Shown: piece by piece, positions 26,890-41,449 of the stretch
Position numbering within the stretch: the stretch's first letter is position 1
How the letters are laid out: every line of letters starts with the position of its first letter
Assembly (NCBI RefSeq): GCF_006345805.1
Contig: NC_042998.1
Span: 40,982,001-41,046,000 of the forward strand
From: Octopus sinensis
Taxonomy: Eukaryota
Direction of reading: 5' to 3'
Length of the DNA stretch: 64,000 bases
Program-made: the position numbers and the translations under genes
Notes under the pieces: generated by a model
What the model was told of the DNA's origin: nothing
Seen by the model: the letters and a program-made list of their open reading frames with translations, nothing else
Databases searched by the model: none

Positions 26890-27002
26890 TGCATCTGAGC
26901 AGTTGTTTGAATTGCTAAATATAGCAGCCAAATCTCCCTAAGATCACCCTACCGGCAGATTTGGCTGCTATATTTAGCAATTCAAACAACTGCTCAGATG
27001 CA
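26890..27002. repeat. Perfect 46-bp inverted repeat, 21-nt spacer
   Basis: 26890-26935 is the exact reverse complement of 26957-27002. Confidence 0.97.
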
Positions 27003-28265
27003 AAAGAGACCGATAAAATAAGTACTGGGCTTACAAAGACTAAGTCCTGGGGTCGATTTGCTCGACTAAAGGCAGTACTCCAGCATGGCCACAGTTACAT
27101 GAGTGGAACAAGTAAAAGAGTAAACTAGAAATAATTGGCTGAATTTCTTTCAAAATAATGCATTCTACAGTGTTAAAATGAGTAAGTTCATCATATACTA
27201 AAACTAATGTTGATATATGCTGTCATTATAATAGTGTGTTCTTGCTATGTGCGAATTGTTATCACATTTACTCCTTGGTTACAGCCGTTTCAACAACATA
27301 CAGATTAAATAGATCATTTAACAAGCTGAAAAACATGAATATGAGCAATGTGTGTGTGTGTGTGTGTGTGTGTATGCACATGCCTTTCCCACAAAAAATT
27401 TACATGCATGCACACACACATACATTAAGTGGAAGGGAATCTGGGAATCCAGACAGAAATTTTCCCACAAAATCATCTGTATCTATATATAGGTGAATTC
27501 ATGCAAGTTCTTGTATTAAATTATTCATCAAGGTTACAATGAAATGAATATGGAATTTACATTAAAAAATGACTGTTACATAGTCATTGCTCATATACAT
27601 AAGCACTGATATAGGTATGTATCTGTTTATGTATAATGATATTTATACAAATAGATATTATATGTAGATAAGCATGCTTATATGTATGTCAGTATTTGAT
27701 TTCTATATGTAATTGCCAAATATAAATTTGTCCTTTAGTTTAAGTGTTACTACAACATGATCTTTTAGCATAAGTCTCAACCTAACCTGTCTTTCACCTT
27801 TGTTTACATACTTGCGTGAATGATTTCACTTAAATATTAGAATAACACTTATCTATAATGACAAAATCTGTCTTAAATTTTCAACTGTTATTCATGGATC
27901 ATATTCTGAATTCCATATCTCACCCAAACGCTTGGTACTGTTAAATATTTTTACTTTATTTTTCCATAGTAATAGTGGAGGGAGCACTTTACTCTGCAAA
28001 GGCATGGGGGTAATTGGTGTTTTATGTTGTATCATTGTCTTAGAAATATTTTTCTTGTGGCATAACATAAAGCAATTTTTAGACATGACAGAACATTAAG
28101 AGGCAAAAACAAATATGTAAATATGAATTATATTACTGATAAAGATTATAAAATGCATTTCTTAAATATTATTCAAATAAGCTTGGCTTATTTTATGATT
28201 ATTTCTCTTACTGTATAACAATACTGTTTTACTGGAATTAATCGTAACTACTTTATTAATTTCAG

Positions 28266-28410
28266 ATTACAACAAGTATTAATGGAATTGCAGCATCAAC
28301 AGTTAGAAGAACTTGATAACTGGCTTTCTGAAATGGAAGAGTCAACACTAAGCCAGCAATTAGTTGGATGTGATTTGGAAAGTATTAAAAATCAAGTTGA
28401 GCAACATAAG
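28266..28410 (+). CDS. DMD: Dystrophin exon (spectrin repeat 2)
   Basis: ttcag| ... |gtaaaa; LQQVLMELQHQQLEELDNWLSEMEE...DLESIKNQVEQHK. Confidence 0.96.
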
Positions 28411-29139
28411 GTAAAAATATTTAATATATACTGCTATATTATGTATGTACTGTATTTACTTTACTATTAGCTTTTTGAAATAACTATGCTTGCCCTAGAA
28501 ACCTATAATTAGTAAGTAGTTACTCTCAGTAAATTTACTTGAGAATTAAGGAAGTTGAAATGCATATATGAAAAAGATTTAAAGTGTGTCAGTCTACTGG
28601 AATAGAAGCATGCACAATGAATGAGTGGGTGTCAACTAAAGTATACACAGGTACATTGATGGGAAGGCTAATTTGCTCTAAAAAATTATTCATGATTGAT
28701 GAAGTAAAGTCTTATTGTGTGTTGTGACTCGTATTTGAACAATCTAATCTTTTCATTACGTAAATGAAACAAATGCCTTTTTAAGATCAAACTTATATTA
28801 AAAACTTGTTGTAAATCTTCTTTATCAGTTTAATACTAGCAGTACTTTGTCCTGGGTATGACTTCAAACTACATCTGGTAGTGGGGCTCTGGTTCAGGAG
28901 TTCCAGGATTTTGATGAGTGTAGAACCACTGTTGTTCCCAGGTCTGCTCTGATCCAGACTAATGGCACCTGTCAGGGTCTCAGCTATGGGTTAATTAGCA
29001 TGTTGGAAGAAATTTGAAGTACAAATTGTTACTGCCTTGTATGGGTAAAGACTCTTTCAGTTATGACTGACCATGGTGTTGCACTTAGAATGTTCCCCTC
29101 CAAGGAACAAGTCCAGGTAAGGTTGTTTATGGAAGACCA

Positions 29140-29375
29140 GCAGTCACCCATGTATGACAGCCTCCCATCTGCATGCCACTGGTGTTATCCACGGGAAAGG
29201 CAGAGGCAGATACAGCTTGGCACCAGTGACATCGCAACTCATCTCTACAGCTGAGTGAACTAGAGCAACATGAGATAAAGTGTTTTGCTTCAAAACACAA
29301 CACACAGCCTGGTCCAGGAATCAAACTCACTACCTCATGAGTGTGAGCCTGTCGCTCTAACCACTGAGCCAGTAC
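29140..29375 (-). mobile_element. tRNA-derived SINE
   Basis: Minus strand tggctcagtggttagagc..gagtttgattcc..gcaaaacactttatctcatgttgctc. Confidence 0.75.
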
Positions 29376-30014
29376 CTTGGGAAAGGAAAAGCCTTGGGGA
29401 GTCAACCTTGACAGTAAATCAAAGTGGAATCTCATAAGTGGTGCAGTGCCATCTTTAACATCCTTCTGGCTACTCCAGTGTAGGTGGAGCTCTGCAGTCC
29501 TTTAAGACAATTTACCTAGAAGACCTTGCCAGTGTAAAACCTACAGCTTGCTAGTCATTGTGGCTGTCTTAGACTGCTGAGCCACTATGGTCAGATTGCC
29601 AAGTCTAAAGAGTTTGATGAAATTGTGCAGACTGACTCTCACTTTAAAACTACTAAGGGCAAGCAGGAAGAAAAGCCCTGCATTATCACAGATCAGTTTA
29701 CAAGGCCACTCTTCCTCAGGATTTTCAAATATGAAGAAACCGCCATCATCTCTAGCAGAATCTGGAGAAATTTTACAGCTATTTTGAGAACTATAGCGTT
29801 AGAAATTTTTAGAGAGGTATGATATATAGTTTCTTTTAAAATTATTTCTTTGCTGAAACATTTGATTACTGAGACATAGGTTGTAACAAAGATGCAGTGT
29901 TATAAGGAAATATCTTTGAAAACTATATTCTTTTGTTATTCATTGGCCAGCTTTTATACCTTGTGAGTTGTTATCCTACTATTTTTATGTGTCAGTAAAA
30001 TCTTCACTATGGAA

Positions 30015-30345
30015 TCATCATCGTCATCATCATCGTTTAGCGTCCACTTTCATTGCTGGCATGGGTTGGACGGTGCAACTGGGGTCTGGGAAGCCAGAAG
30101 GCAGCACCAGGCCCAGTCTGATCTGGCAATGTTTCTACGGCTGGATGCCCTTCCTAACGCCAACTACTCCATGAGTGTAGTGGGTGCTTTTTACGTGCCA
30201 CCAGCACAGGTGCCAGACGAGGCTGGCAAATGGCCACGGTTGGATGGTGCTTTTTACGTGCCACCGGCACAGAGGCCCGTCGAGGCTGGCAAACGGCCAC
30301 TATCGGATGGTGCTTTTTACGTGCCACCAGCACGGAAGCCAGTTG
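30015..30345 (-). mobile_element. RTE 3'-end copy with three 63-nt modules
   Basis: (cat)n head on + strand, body matches reverse complement of the LINE 3' UTR. Confidence 0.9.
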
Positions 30346-30535
30346 GGGAATGAAATCAAAAACATGATCTGAATATAACGTTACTCTACTACAGCATGAT
30401 TTTGTTGGTAAAGTTTTAACAAATATGCTGTTATGCATCCTTACTTTTCATATCAGAGAAAATGCATATGGCTGGACTTGAACCCACAGTCCCAACAAAT
30501 GTGGTAGTGTAACTTCTTCACTGAGCTGTGGATTT

Positions 30536-30581
<46 letters not shown>

Positions 30582-31069
30582 TATATATAATTCAAAATAT
30601 TTATAAGTTAGTAGCCTTGCAAATGTAATAATGTTGTCAATAATCAATTATATCTTCAATTTAATCCCATAGTTTACCAATCAGCTTTGATAAAAAAAAA
30701 GTATCAGGCATGTATAGAGAACAATTCAATAGATTATACTCCTCCCCAATATATAAGAAAGTTTATCAACATTGTTGTATCATCCTAAAACTGGATACCT
30801 GGATATGTGTGTGTTACATTATGGTAGTGACAGCTAGTAATTTACTCCAGCACCATCATACTTTCATTTTTCTATACTGGCTTGGTTGGCATATAGGAAT
30901 TTGTTTGAGAACTGAGGCTTGATAGGCACCAATCTTTATGCTGAACATTTTGCTAACTCTCACCTTGCTGATCACGTTTCTGAATGTGATTTGCATGGTT
31001 CTCACAAGTCATTCAGCTATCTTTGTTTTGTTTTTGTTTTTGTTTTTTAGAAATACCTAGATTACAATG

Positions 31070-31400
31070 TGAAACTTTGTTAAAGCCTTCTTCAGATCAA
31101 CAAATGCTAGGGAGACTTGTTTATACATAGCTCTGTACTTCTGTAGTTATTCTCCTTAGGAAGAGCATACTGATGATACCTTGTTCTGACAAACCTGAAT
31201 TGCATCTTCTTTACTCCTGTAGCAGTTGATAATGATATTGCTATTCCAGTCATTGCGTGTGGTGCCTTCCTGGGTTCTCTCATTGATTATATAGGTGACT
31301 AACCTGTGACTTCACCAAATTTTCAACCTCACAGTAAATATTCTTGATGGTCTAGCTACCTTTTTATCCCTAATTGTATTTTTGACTGCAAAGCTGTCAA
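31070..31400 (-). pseudogene. Old RTE-family RT remnant
   Basis: Minus strand DWNSNIIINCYRSKEDA and LAFVDLKKAL resemble ORF2 DWCSSIIVNCYKGKGDA and LAFVDMEKAF. Confidence 0.7.
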
Positions 31401-34329
31401 CTTTAGTGGCACTTCTCCCTAACAATGTGTCAGTTTTCTCTAGTACTCTCATACTTCTTACATATCTGATCCTCACATTACAGAATATGTGCAAATCTCT
31501 TTCAGTTTTTCTCCTTGCTAAGTGTACCTAATATCTAGCTTCTCTTCCAGCTATTTCATATATTCTTTGCTCTTAGCCTTTAATCTTGATTTCTCTAATG
31601 GTGTGTAGTTAATTTTGAATTGTCATTTTTTCATTTAAAAAAAAAAACAAAATAATAACTTCATCCATAAAGCTTGCTTCAGCTTCAGTTCTTTAATAAT
31701 CCTTAATAATTATTATGAATGTATTAATATAAAGTTAGAATGGTTCACTGAAGGATTTCAATCTGTGTCTGAAATAAATCTTCATTGTTTTATTTTGGGT
31801 CAGATAAAATTCATTGCAGCAGATTTTCTAAGGCTGATTGCTCTTCATGTTGCTAACCCTAACTTATTTCCAAGTAAGGTTATATTTTCCGTAATTCTTC
31901 AGTCATGAACAACACATGCAAACAAATTACACGACTTGTATGACAGTGCTACTCATTTACAACTACTGCACTATGTCAAGACAAGGAGACATAAACATAT
32001 ACATATTACACACACACACACACACACACACTCTTCCATGCACACATGAGTTACTTTCAGTTTCCACCTACCAATTCCACTTTGCTTGGCTTGGTGATAT
32101 TAAAGACACTTGGACAAGGTATCTTGCAGTGGGACTGAACCTAAATCCAAATGCCTGTAAAGCAAATGTATGAATTTTAGAAACATTTTCTTGAATATTT
32201 ATATTTATTGGTAACTACTAATCTGTATCAACATTATGATCTCACTATTAAAATCTTTTGCTGTACATATTGAATTCATTTATTTGATGGAGTAGATATT
32301 TTAAGATCTGAGATATATTGAATTTTGCATCTGCTGTATTATGATATAAGTATGTTTAACTGATGAATAAGCTTGTTCATAACTTTGTTTTGTGTCATAT
32401 TTTATGTTTTATTTTCCTGTTTCCAAATTGCTAAATTGTCATATTTTGTTAAATGTTGTTTTGATTTAGTAGGCATTTATTTTATATTAATGACTTCCAC
32501 ATTAATAAAATGAATCCCCAACTACTTAGGTGTAGAAAATATATCTAAATCTTTTTTTTTTCCTGTTAATTTTCTCTATCTGCCTGCCCTCTATATTGTA
32601 GGCCCATTTTATTTATAATTAGCATTTCCTCTAATTGCAGATTCTTCTATCATATCATCTCCTAACTATCCATTCTCTTATATCTTATTAGTTTTCCTTT
32701 TCTTTTTTTCTTCCACTGTTCTATGGCATCTCATCCTGTTCTCTCATAATTTCAATTACTTTTTCTTTTCCTATCTTTTCTCTCTCTTTTTTTTTGTTTT
32801 TGTCTGTCTCTGTGCTATCTCTTATCCTCTTGTAACTGCTTTTTTCCCCCTTTCCCAGAATCTTGCAAAGTTTCTAACTTTGTCATGTGCACTTATAACC
32901 TTCCCTCTCATCAACCCTATTCCCTCCTATTATCTATTAACCTAACTTCTTTGTCCTATATCAGCTTCCTTCTCCCTACCTCTTTCTCCTTCTTTGCCTC
33001 AAATAGTTTCAATCTTTATTATTCCTGTAACCTCACCTCTCCATTGTTTTTTCCTTTGCCTTTTCATTGTTTTACAACTTCACTGTTTCTCTTTTTCTCT
33101 TACTCTCACACTTTTTCATTTTGTTCTTGCTACACATCCCAGCATTTCATTTTCCTTTCTTGTCTTTGATAAGCTCTGTTTCTTACCTCAAATTTTATAT
33201 TACTATAACTTCTTATTCGAGCAAGGGGTGATTACTAGGTAGAGATATTCTCTTAGTAGAAAGGTTTCATAAGTGTCATAAAAATAATTTCTGATTCCTC
33301 TAGAAGATAAAGTTTGGCATCTGTCTCCCTCTGCTATCCTCCAATTTGTTTCTGATTTTCCATTAAATTGGAAAATACATTTTGTAAATGATAAAAATCA
33401 TGTCAGATTTAAGTGGCTAAACACTTTGCAAATATATCTGAAAAGAATTATTTTTCTAAATTTGGCATAAAGGTCTCTTGCTTACTATATAAACTGTTAG
33501 CTGATATTTCATCTGTTCATTGTTAACAACTGTAGGTCACTTATTTTCTCTGACATTTCTTTGCAGACACAAATACCAAAAGCAGTTAACATGATCTGCC
33601 TTCTCTGCTTGCATAAATTAACACTTAGTTCAAAATGACTTTGAACTTACTGTCATTGCATTTATAATTTTTATTGTTATCTATTTATTATTATTTTCAC
33701 GATAAAAGATTTCCACCCACCCATTCAGAATTTGATATGGTCATTTGCCATTTTTTTTCTTTCTTCAATAGGACTACTAATCAGATAAACAGATAAAAGT
33801 TACTAATTTATAAGAACGAAGATATTCTGTATTTACAGTTGAAATGCTGCAATTTTTTTTCTATTTAGTTTTATTCAAGTTGTATTTGTGTTGTTAATTA
33901 AGATATGGTGAATCTTGGGATAGAGTTTCAGATTGATATAACCTTTCTAAATTAGACAATTATTTATATCTTAATGGTAAACATTGTCTTGACACTAGTA
34001 GTGATGACAAAAAAACTTGGTGGCTGCTTTTCAAGCTTTAGTCAACTCAGTTGTTTAGTTATAGTTCAGAATATCATATTGTTGTATATGTTATTACTAT
34101 GGCCACTTGTAATATTCAGTTCTGGTTGTAAGTATGGAAACACATATGCACATTAAATAATAGTATTATTACATTCTTCCCTTTCAGAATATCTTTTACC
34201 AGTATCATACAGTTTTATGGGAATACTTTCACCCATATTGATTGAAAGGTTTGAATATAAGACTGGATCTCCTTAATTCCCATGGAGCTGTTGTCTCATC
34301 CTCCTCCACATCATATCTTCTTTATCATT

Positions 34330-35090
34330 TGGTGCCTAGCACTGTCAGGGTTCTTATATTTTGTTCTACAATAGGAGAGGTAGGGATTGTCTGGTCTTCA
34401 GGATAAAGTAGCAAGTCATGAACAGAAACACTAGATACCTGTCCATCTAGAGACTTGATGTTTGCATAAGTTATATTACTATCAAGAAGTTCAACTTGAT
34501 TTACTAATGGTTTGTCCTTATCGCTCATAAATTTCCTTAGGAGTATTTAGCTAGGAGAGCAGTGAATTTCCATAGGAAGAGCTGCATTGAAAAGCAAAGA
34601 AACATTCATGGGATGTAGCAATTGATGCTGTAAACAACAGTAATCTTAGGGAGAAGAGTACCCAAAAAAGCACCAATTCCCAACACTTTTCTAAAGGTAC
34701 CTTCATATGGTACCTTTGAATCTTTCTGCTTGTTTGTTCTCAATAGAGTAATACAAATTAGTATGAATTGATGCAAGTCAACTCTGGGAGAGATAATATT
34801 TTAAATCCTTAGACATGAAAGAAGTGCCTTGATCAGAGTATATATATTTTGGCAGCCCTCAAAAGTTGAACAAGAGATCCAGACATCTGATCACCATGTC
34901 CTAATATGAATATTGAGGCATGATAAAACAACAAAGAAACTATCCTAAGTAAACATGTATTATATAAAACACTAAGCAAAGGTGCCTTGACGTTCATAAT
35001 AAGCTGTTCCAGAAGCTTTGTATTTTGATAAGTGTACCTTAAAGAAAGCAATAGAACTGAAAATTTGGTTGAGCCTAGATCCCACAAAAA
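34330..35090 (-). pseudogene. Gypsy/Ty3 LTR retrotransposon integrase remnant
   Basis: Minus strand YIYSDQGTSFMSKDLKYYLSQ..ENKQAERFKGTI and KPLVNQVELLDSNITYANIKSLDGQVSSVSVHDL; no LTRs recognised. Confidence 0.75.
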
Positions 35091-35364
35091 GTGAAGGTCT
35101 TCCTCAAATCCTTTGTAGATGACAAACTATTGTTGATGTTAGCAAGCATGGAAGTAATAAAAACTGGGCCAGTGTATGCTTGAGCAAATGTATCAGAGAT
35201 CACACTCTTGTTACTAAGATGATATTTCATTGTTACACTATCTCTGTCTGTCTGTCTTCCCCCCCTCTCTCTCTCTCTATACAGTGGCACTATTCTATGC
35301 TGCCTGTGTGATTAAACATGGCTGTTGGGTATTGACATCGGTCATTCACTCATCATTGGTATCC

Positions 35365-35638
35365 ATGGCTGTAGCTAGGGTAAATGGCACTCAGGGCAAG
35401 CATCAGAATTGCACTCCTATCACCACCACCACCAAAAAGTGGAAACTTGCATAGAAAAATGGATAACTGGTTTTAAAAAATTGCATGGTGATAAGCAAAA
35501 CAAACCATGTCTGAAAAGGTTTTTAATTTTTTTTTAATGGCTAAATTAGAAAATGATCTTGGCCAAAATTTCCCCCCTCCCCACCTCAAAATAGCACCTA
35601 GAGCATGTGCCCTGCTTGTCCCACCTAGCTACATCCCT
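35365..35638. mobile_element. Harbinger/hAT-like MITE
   Basis: Imperfect TIRs ggctgtagctagg / cctagctacatcc. Confidence 0.5.
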
Positions 35639-36207
35639 TTTGGTATCAGTTATGCTCTCACTTCTATCCCCTCTCCTGCTGGTACCATGATAAAATGCAC
35701 TCAGTGCACTCTGTTTTAGTGTGAGGGCAAGAAGTCTCTTTAGTCTTATTGTAAACACGGCAACCTCCCTAACATTGGTGCCACAAAAAATGTACCCAGT
35801 ATATTTTGTCAAGTGGTTGCTAATAAGAAGAGCATTGTAGCTGTAGAAATCACACCAAAATCAAAATTTATGAGGGAGATGTGCTCCAATCCATCGAGGG
35901 ATGCAGCAGCAACCTGTCTAGCCTATGCCAGCATAGAAAACAGATAGAGGATGATGATGTACTGAGGACAAGATGATTGACTAAACTCTTGAGTGAAACC
36001 ATTAAAAGAAAGGAGTAGTGTATACAAATTTCATTTTATAAATTCTCAGTGTTAACCGGATTTCTGTTAGTGTTCAGTTGAAGATTGGGAGGTGGGGAGA
36101 AGAAAGAGCTTGATTTCAAATGGTAGAATGTGTTTTTGATTATGGAATTTTAATACAATACATCATTTATGCTGAATTCTATTGATTTTTGAAATCTTGT
36201 ATTGCAG

Positions 36208-36298
36208 AAAGTGCAACATTCTGTTGAACAAAAGCAGAAACTAGTTGATTCCCTTCATAATATGGTTGTTGTTGTGGATGATTCCAGTTCTGAAACAG
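36208..36298 (+). CDS. DMD: Dystrophin exon (spectrin repeat 2)
   Basis: ttgcag| ... |gtaggt; KVQHSVEQKQKLVDSLHNMVVVVDDSSSET (human SLTHMVVVVDESS). Confidence 0.95.
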
Positions 36299-36543
36299 GT
36301 AGGTGAATTATGTATTCTGAAACGTTTTTTTTAAAGTTTCTTAAATTAGAAACTTTGAAGCTGTTAGCAAGGGTTGGTATTTTGATTTAGGTCTTGTGTT
36401 TTTCTTGGACAGAATTCCTTAAGTATAAAGGGATTGATTTGATCTTTGACTAACTGTTTAAGTTTCATTCTTCATTGTTGGAAGTTTAAAAAAATTACAT
36501 AAAGGTAATATAATGAAAAGTGTTTTCTTCTGTGACTTTATAG

Positions 36544-36782
36544 CTTGTGAAGCTCTTGGACATCAACTTGAAAAACTTGTCAAACGTTGGGATGATGTGT
36601 GTAGATTAACTGAACAGAGGCGGTTATTACTACAAGATGTCTTATTAAAATGGCAGTTTTATTCTGATGGATTAAAAGCATTTTGTAACTGGCTTGATTG
36701 TCAAGAAGAAAAACTTGTAAAAATGCGTAAAGCTACTCTGAAAGATCCAGCTGAAGTTTCTGAACAAGTAAAAAATTTGAAG
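36544..36782 (+). CDS. DMD: Dystrophin exon (spectrin repeats 2-3)
   Basis: ttatag| ... |gtatgg; CEALGHQLEKLVKRWDDVCRLTEQRRLLLQDVLLKWQ...EQVKNLK. Confidence 0.96.
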
Positions 36783-39629
36783 GTATGGAAGTTTAATTAT
36801 TACAGTTTCAGTTTTATCTTCATTTATTTTTAAATGATTTCAATATTGTAGTGTATTTTGTGTATTATTATCATGTTTTGTTTAGGATGCATTACACTTA
36901 ATAAATAATCTCTTAAGATTATAATTCTTTTGACAATTAACCTCAACTTGAGAATGAAATAATTTTCAGTTTTCTCATTCACACTAAATTTTGATTGCTT
37001 TTATCTATGATCACCATTAAATGACTGCTCGTTGAAATGTATGTATGTTCTTATTGAAAAATCTTTTATTGTTAATAATTTGTAAAATTATAATCTTAGT
37101 TACAACACCTGAGATATTTAATTAGGATTGTGTTGGTTTGGCTGCCAGCATCATTTTCTGTTTAAATTGATTTCATATTCAGTGTAGTGAATGGGCTAAT
37201 GAATGATGTGAAAATCATTTTCGCTATAAATCAATAAATAAAGAGTGAGTAGCAATTAAAGTTTGAGATTTTTGGGTAATTTTAGCTAATCATAAGTCAC
37301 AGACACATTCATGCCTTTTTCCATAGTAACAAGTCAAACATGAGAACTCTTTTGTCAGCAAGAAAGCATGTGTTGACAAATATATTCTACATAATGCCAT
37401 GTGCTTTGACACTGTGATCTGTTGCTTGTACCCTGGTTATGACATGTGCTAAAAATAACAGCTGAATATGCCTTAAATTACACACCCCCTTCCCCACCAA
37501 TTGAAATTTTATTTGTATAATCATATGAATTCACAAAACTTTTCTGAAAGTTTTAAAAAAGTTATGCGCGGTTATGTCATGCGTTAAACAGAATTTGATC
37601 TGTTTACAATTTCATATAAAAACACGTGCTATTTTCAGAATGTTGACAACATGTACAGTCATGCACAAAATGACAGCTTCCAAATCCTGATTCCTGACAG
37701 GGTGAAAATGATCAAACTTTAAATCTCCATAACTTTTTAAAAACATATTTCTGAAAAAAGTTAAAATGCTCCAGCAATTCAGCTTGGAAAGTTTATTAAT
37801 ATTCCATTCAATAAACTTTAATATTTGAAATGCTGTAAGTCAAACCAACTAGATCCTTTAATTAAAGTACCTTATTGTTTAAAAATAATCTTTACATCAA
37901 AATTGAAAGAACACATTTCTTCAATCAGACTCATAAATTTAGATCTAAATGAAATATCTAAAAATAGATTTTCTTTGTAATAAGATTTTATAAAAGAATG
38001 CAGAAACTACTTTGACTATATCTTATATCTATACAAACAAGTTTTGTTACTTAAGTTATTCAAATAACTATTGTCACTATGATTTTGTTACCAGACTAAT
38101 TTCAAATATTAGATAGAATGAATGAAACACTTTCAGTTGGATTCTTAACATGCAACCATGTTGTTCTATTGACTACTTAAAGTAAGTAATGGGAAAACAA
38201 AAGTAAATGAACTCTGCAGAAGAGTGACATTGAACAACCATGTCATTAAAACTTTATCTTTCTTTGAACTTCTACTGAATCTATTTATAGACTAGTGATC
38301 TTGCTTGTAGTGTCAGCCACTAACTACTAACAAAATCTTTGTCTTCCTCTGTCTACCCCTCTCCTCCATACACTACTAGTGGATTGCTGTCTGGGTGAAA
38401 TGGACACTATTGTAGAAAGCAATGGGACTACACACACCTTTTTGCCTTTTGGTCTATTGCTCACCTTTCTTCTTAAGTAGTTCTGTTTTAAATGGCTTAG
38501 AGCTCATACTTCCCTGGTTTTTAAGGGTAGTAGGTACATCATGCTGCTTAGTTTACCATCACCAGCTAGCCTCCAGGTGCATTTGACAGATTGCTGTGTT
38601 GCGAGCTTTCAGACCAGGTTTCTCAATGCACCTTTAAAGTTCAAGGTGTCGAAATTAGAACATCAATGTTCCATTCTCCAACATCTATGAACTTCATTTT
38701 ATCTTTGATCTTATCCATCATCTTTTACTAACACAGAAATCTCTCTGAAGTACAAACTTTTTAACCTTCTATTCATAATTTATATGCTACATTCTTTATT
38801 GAAATTTCACTTTGCAATGTGGTGTCTCTACTTATGTAGATGCTGTTCTCCCTGTTACTCATCTTTCTCACCTGGATACCTGCAATAATGACTTCCATTT
38901 ACTCTGCCTTAAAGTTTTCCTTTTTCATTCTCCCAAATATATTCTCTTCTGCTGCTACTCTTTAGAACGCTAAACTAATGCCACCATTTCAACCATAACT
39001 CCTCCTGCACTGAGGATATATATACCTCACTTCAACCCTTTCCAAAGTCATTGTTCTCAATACTTACAAGTCCTATTGGCTCTTACTTTTATTGCATACT
39101 GATGCCACTAATGTAGAAACTAAATCTTTTGCATTTCTCAATTTGAGCCATGAATGATTCCTCCTAGCATCATAGAGTCCTCAAGCTCACCCTTATTTTA
39201 AACTGCAGCAGTTCTGCTTAGCTTCTTGCCAACATTGTAAGAGCTTCTTTTCCTCCAACCATGATTTATTTATGAGTAATAAAGTTGCAGTGAAAGCCTT
39301 CACCTTTACCATCTGCTTTGCATCCAACTCCACTCTACTTACACTTGTTAAAATCTTCCTCAAATCTATCTCCTTCCACTTCACAAGTCTCACCATCTTG
39401 CATACATATATGCCTAGTGTAAAGTACCTCCGGTTACAGCAAGGCCATCAGCCATGGTAACATTCTTCCATAACTAAAATAATGCACCTTGGAACATGTA
39501 TGTTCATCATATTCTTCAGTCTGTCTCTCTTCTACCAGGATATGCTCTGATCTCTAGAAGCACACTATAGTGCCTCTCTTTTTAAAGAAAAGCACCTTTT
39601 CTTATGTCAGCTATTGTCTATCATACTTA

Positions 39630-39970
39630 CTTCCAATATTTAAAGGCAATGAAGACAACCTTCGACGAAAGCATTTTCCAACACCTTGAATCTCTCTCTT
39701 TAATGACTTAGTATGGCTTCTGTAAAGTCAGATCGACTGAAAAACCTATTCTCTGTTACTCACCAAAGGAACTTGCTCTGGAGAAATTTGGTGAAAGCAA
39801 TACTTTTACCCTCAACACCAGCAAAGCTATCGACCTAGTCTAGTATGCAGATCTTATGAACTTCATCTGCCTCTCAACTCTTGGATTGGTAGTTTCCCCA
39901 TCATATTCGTTTCTCTATTCCACGCTCTAGCAACTCTCGTGTGACCCAGGGTTTGATATTGTGCCCCACT
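39630..39970 (+). pseudogene. CR1/Jockey-like RT remnant
   Basis: YGFCKVRST..LEKFGESNTFTLNTSKAIDLV resembles YGFRKARST..LDISKAFDRV. Confidence 0.6.
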
Positions 39971-41449
39971 CTCTGCATACCTAGGGCCCATCTTTGTACT
40001 CATGGCTATTTTGAATAGACAATTGTTGTCATTTATTGCATAAGGTGAACAGCCAAGGGCAAATTTGAGTTCATCTAACCACAGAAAGATGCTGCTGCTA
40101 GGTTTCAGTCAGCAGCAGAAGTCAGAGTAATCTGTAAGTGCTAAGAGTTTGTTGTTATGGGGAATGACAATATACAGGGATTTCTTGTCAATAATGAACA
40201 GGAGTCGCAAGAGTCTAGGATGAAAGAAAAAGGTGAAAAGATTAGAGGCATAGTTAGATTCTTTGCTGTGTAAGATCAGGGAGAGTGATGTTTAGTATGC
40301 ATTGATTGAACAATATGGAACAGAAGTGAACAAACATTGAAGGCGAGTGTGTATTAATGAGTGGAAATTTTATTTGGGGCACATAGTACAGCTAGTGCAT
40401 TATGTACTTGGAAGGTATGAGAATATATTTTATATCAACCAGGTAATTGTCAGAGTTTGGGAAACATATGAAGGACGGGTAAGGAAATGAAAAACCATGG
40501 GGATAACATTCAGACAGAGACAGGATACAAGAAAATGTGAATGTAAAACCATATTTTTGTGCAGATATGAGAATAGTATAAGTCTACAGGACCAGTGTTC
40601 GAAGGCAAAAGAAAAAGACTGTGTCATTCTTATTGAACTTTTCAAGATTGGGCATAGAGGTATTTGAAGAATTTCAGAATTATAACTTGGTGTTGCAAGA
40701 TAAATATATTGGGAGTACTGAAAGGGAATTTTCTTTCCTATTAGTGTAGAAGAGGAAACATCAGTGTAGGGATCCTCAAAGTGGTGGATAGGAATACAAC
40801 CTCTGGATACAGTTATTAGTGGTAGAAGTGGAAATAAGACTAAGAGGCCAAACCTAGGGTGTTCTTTGGCAAGATATAACATCTGATAGATATTTAGCTT
40901 AGGGTTACATATAGTATTTGGAAACAGCATTGTAGGTGTGCTGCTTTTATAAAATAGTCAACTGCTGGTCAATAGTGATGTTCACATGATGCTGGGCAGA
41001 AGAATGTTTGTGGGATCAAAGATCACCAAAATGTATTGCTGCTAACATCTATAAACCTGAAGATTTGAATGAATAAACTGAGCAAGTTCAACCAGATGAA
41101 CATGAGTTGCAAATAGAGAATAAGGGAAGAGAAGGGAGAAGTAAAAAAAATATCTTCTATGGTTGGGTATTACTGGTGAATATATTATTCCTCCGAGGTG
41201 CACTACCAGCAAAATTGATGAGATTATCACTGCTGGAACACCCTTAGTCATAGATTTGTATGATTTAAGTTGACCTAGAGCAAACCTTCTTTAGGTTTTA
41301 TAATTTTTTTCTATTTTTTGTTATTCAAGTAGTGGGGACTGATTATGAGAATTTATGAAGCTATCTTGGACATTGTAAAACATGTTTAAAAAAAATTGTC
41401 TGGTTTCTAACTTACACTGAGTAAAATTCCAGTTGTTTTATCACTTTAG

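Noticed and set aside
27386-27469. Two TTCCCACA (CSL/Su(H)-type) sites 76 nt apart
   Set aside because: Short motif, plausible by chance without conservation data
29587-29822. Overlapping ORFs ending near a donor-like gag|gtatga
   Set aside because: No spectrin-repeat or other recognisable similarity; flanking dystrophin exons already join in phase
30181-30345. Regularly spaced palindromic repeats resembling a CRISPR array
   Set aside because: Spacers are homologous to each other, context is a eukaryotic LINE UTR, no cas genes
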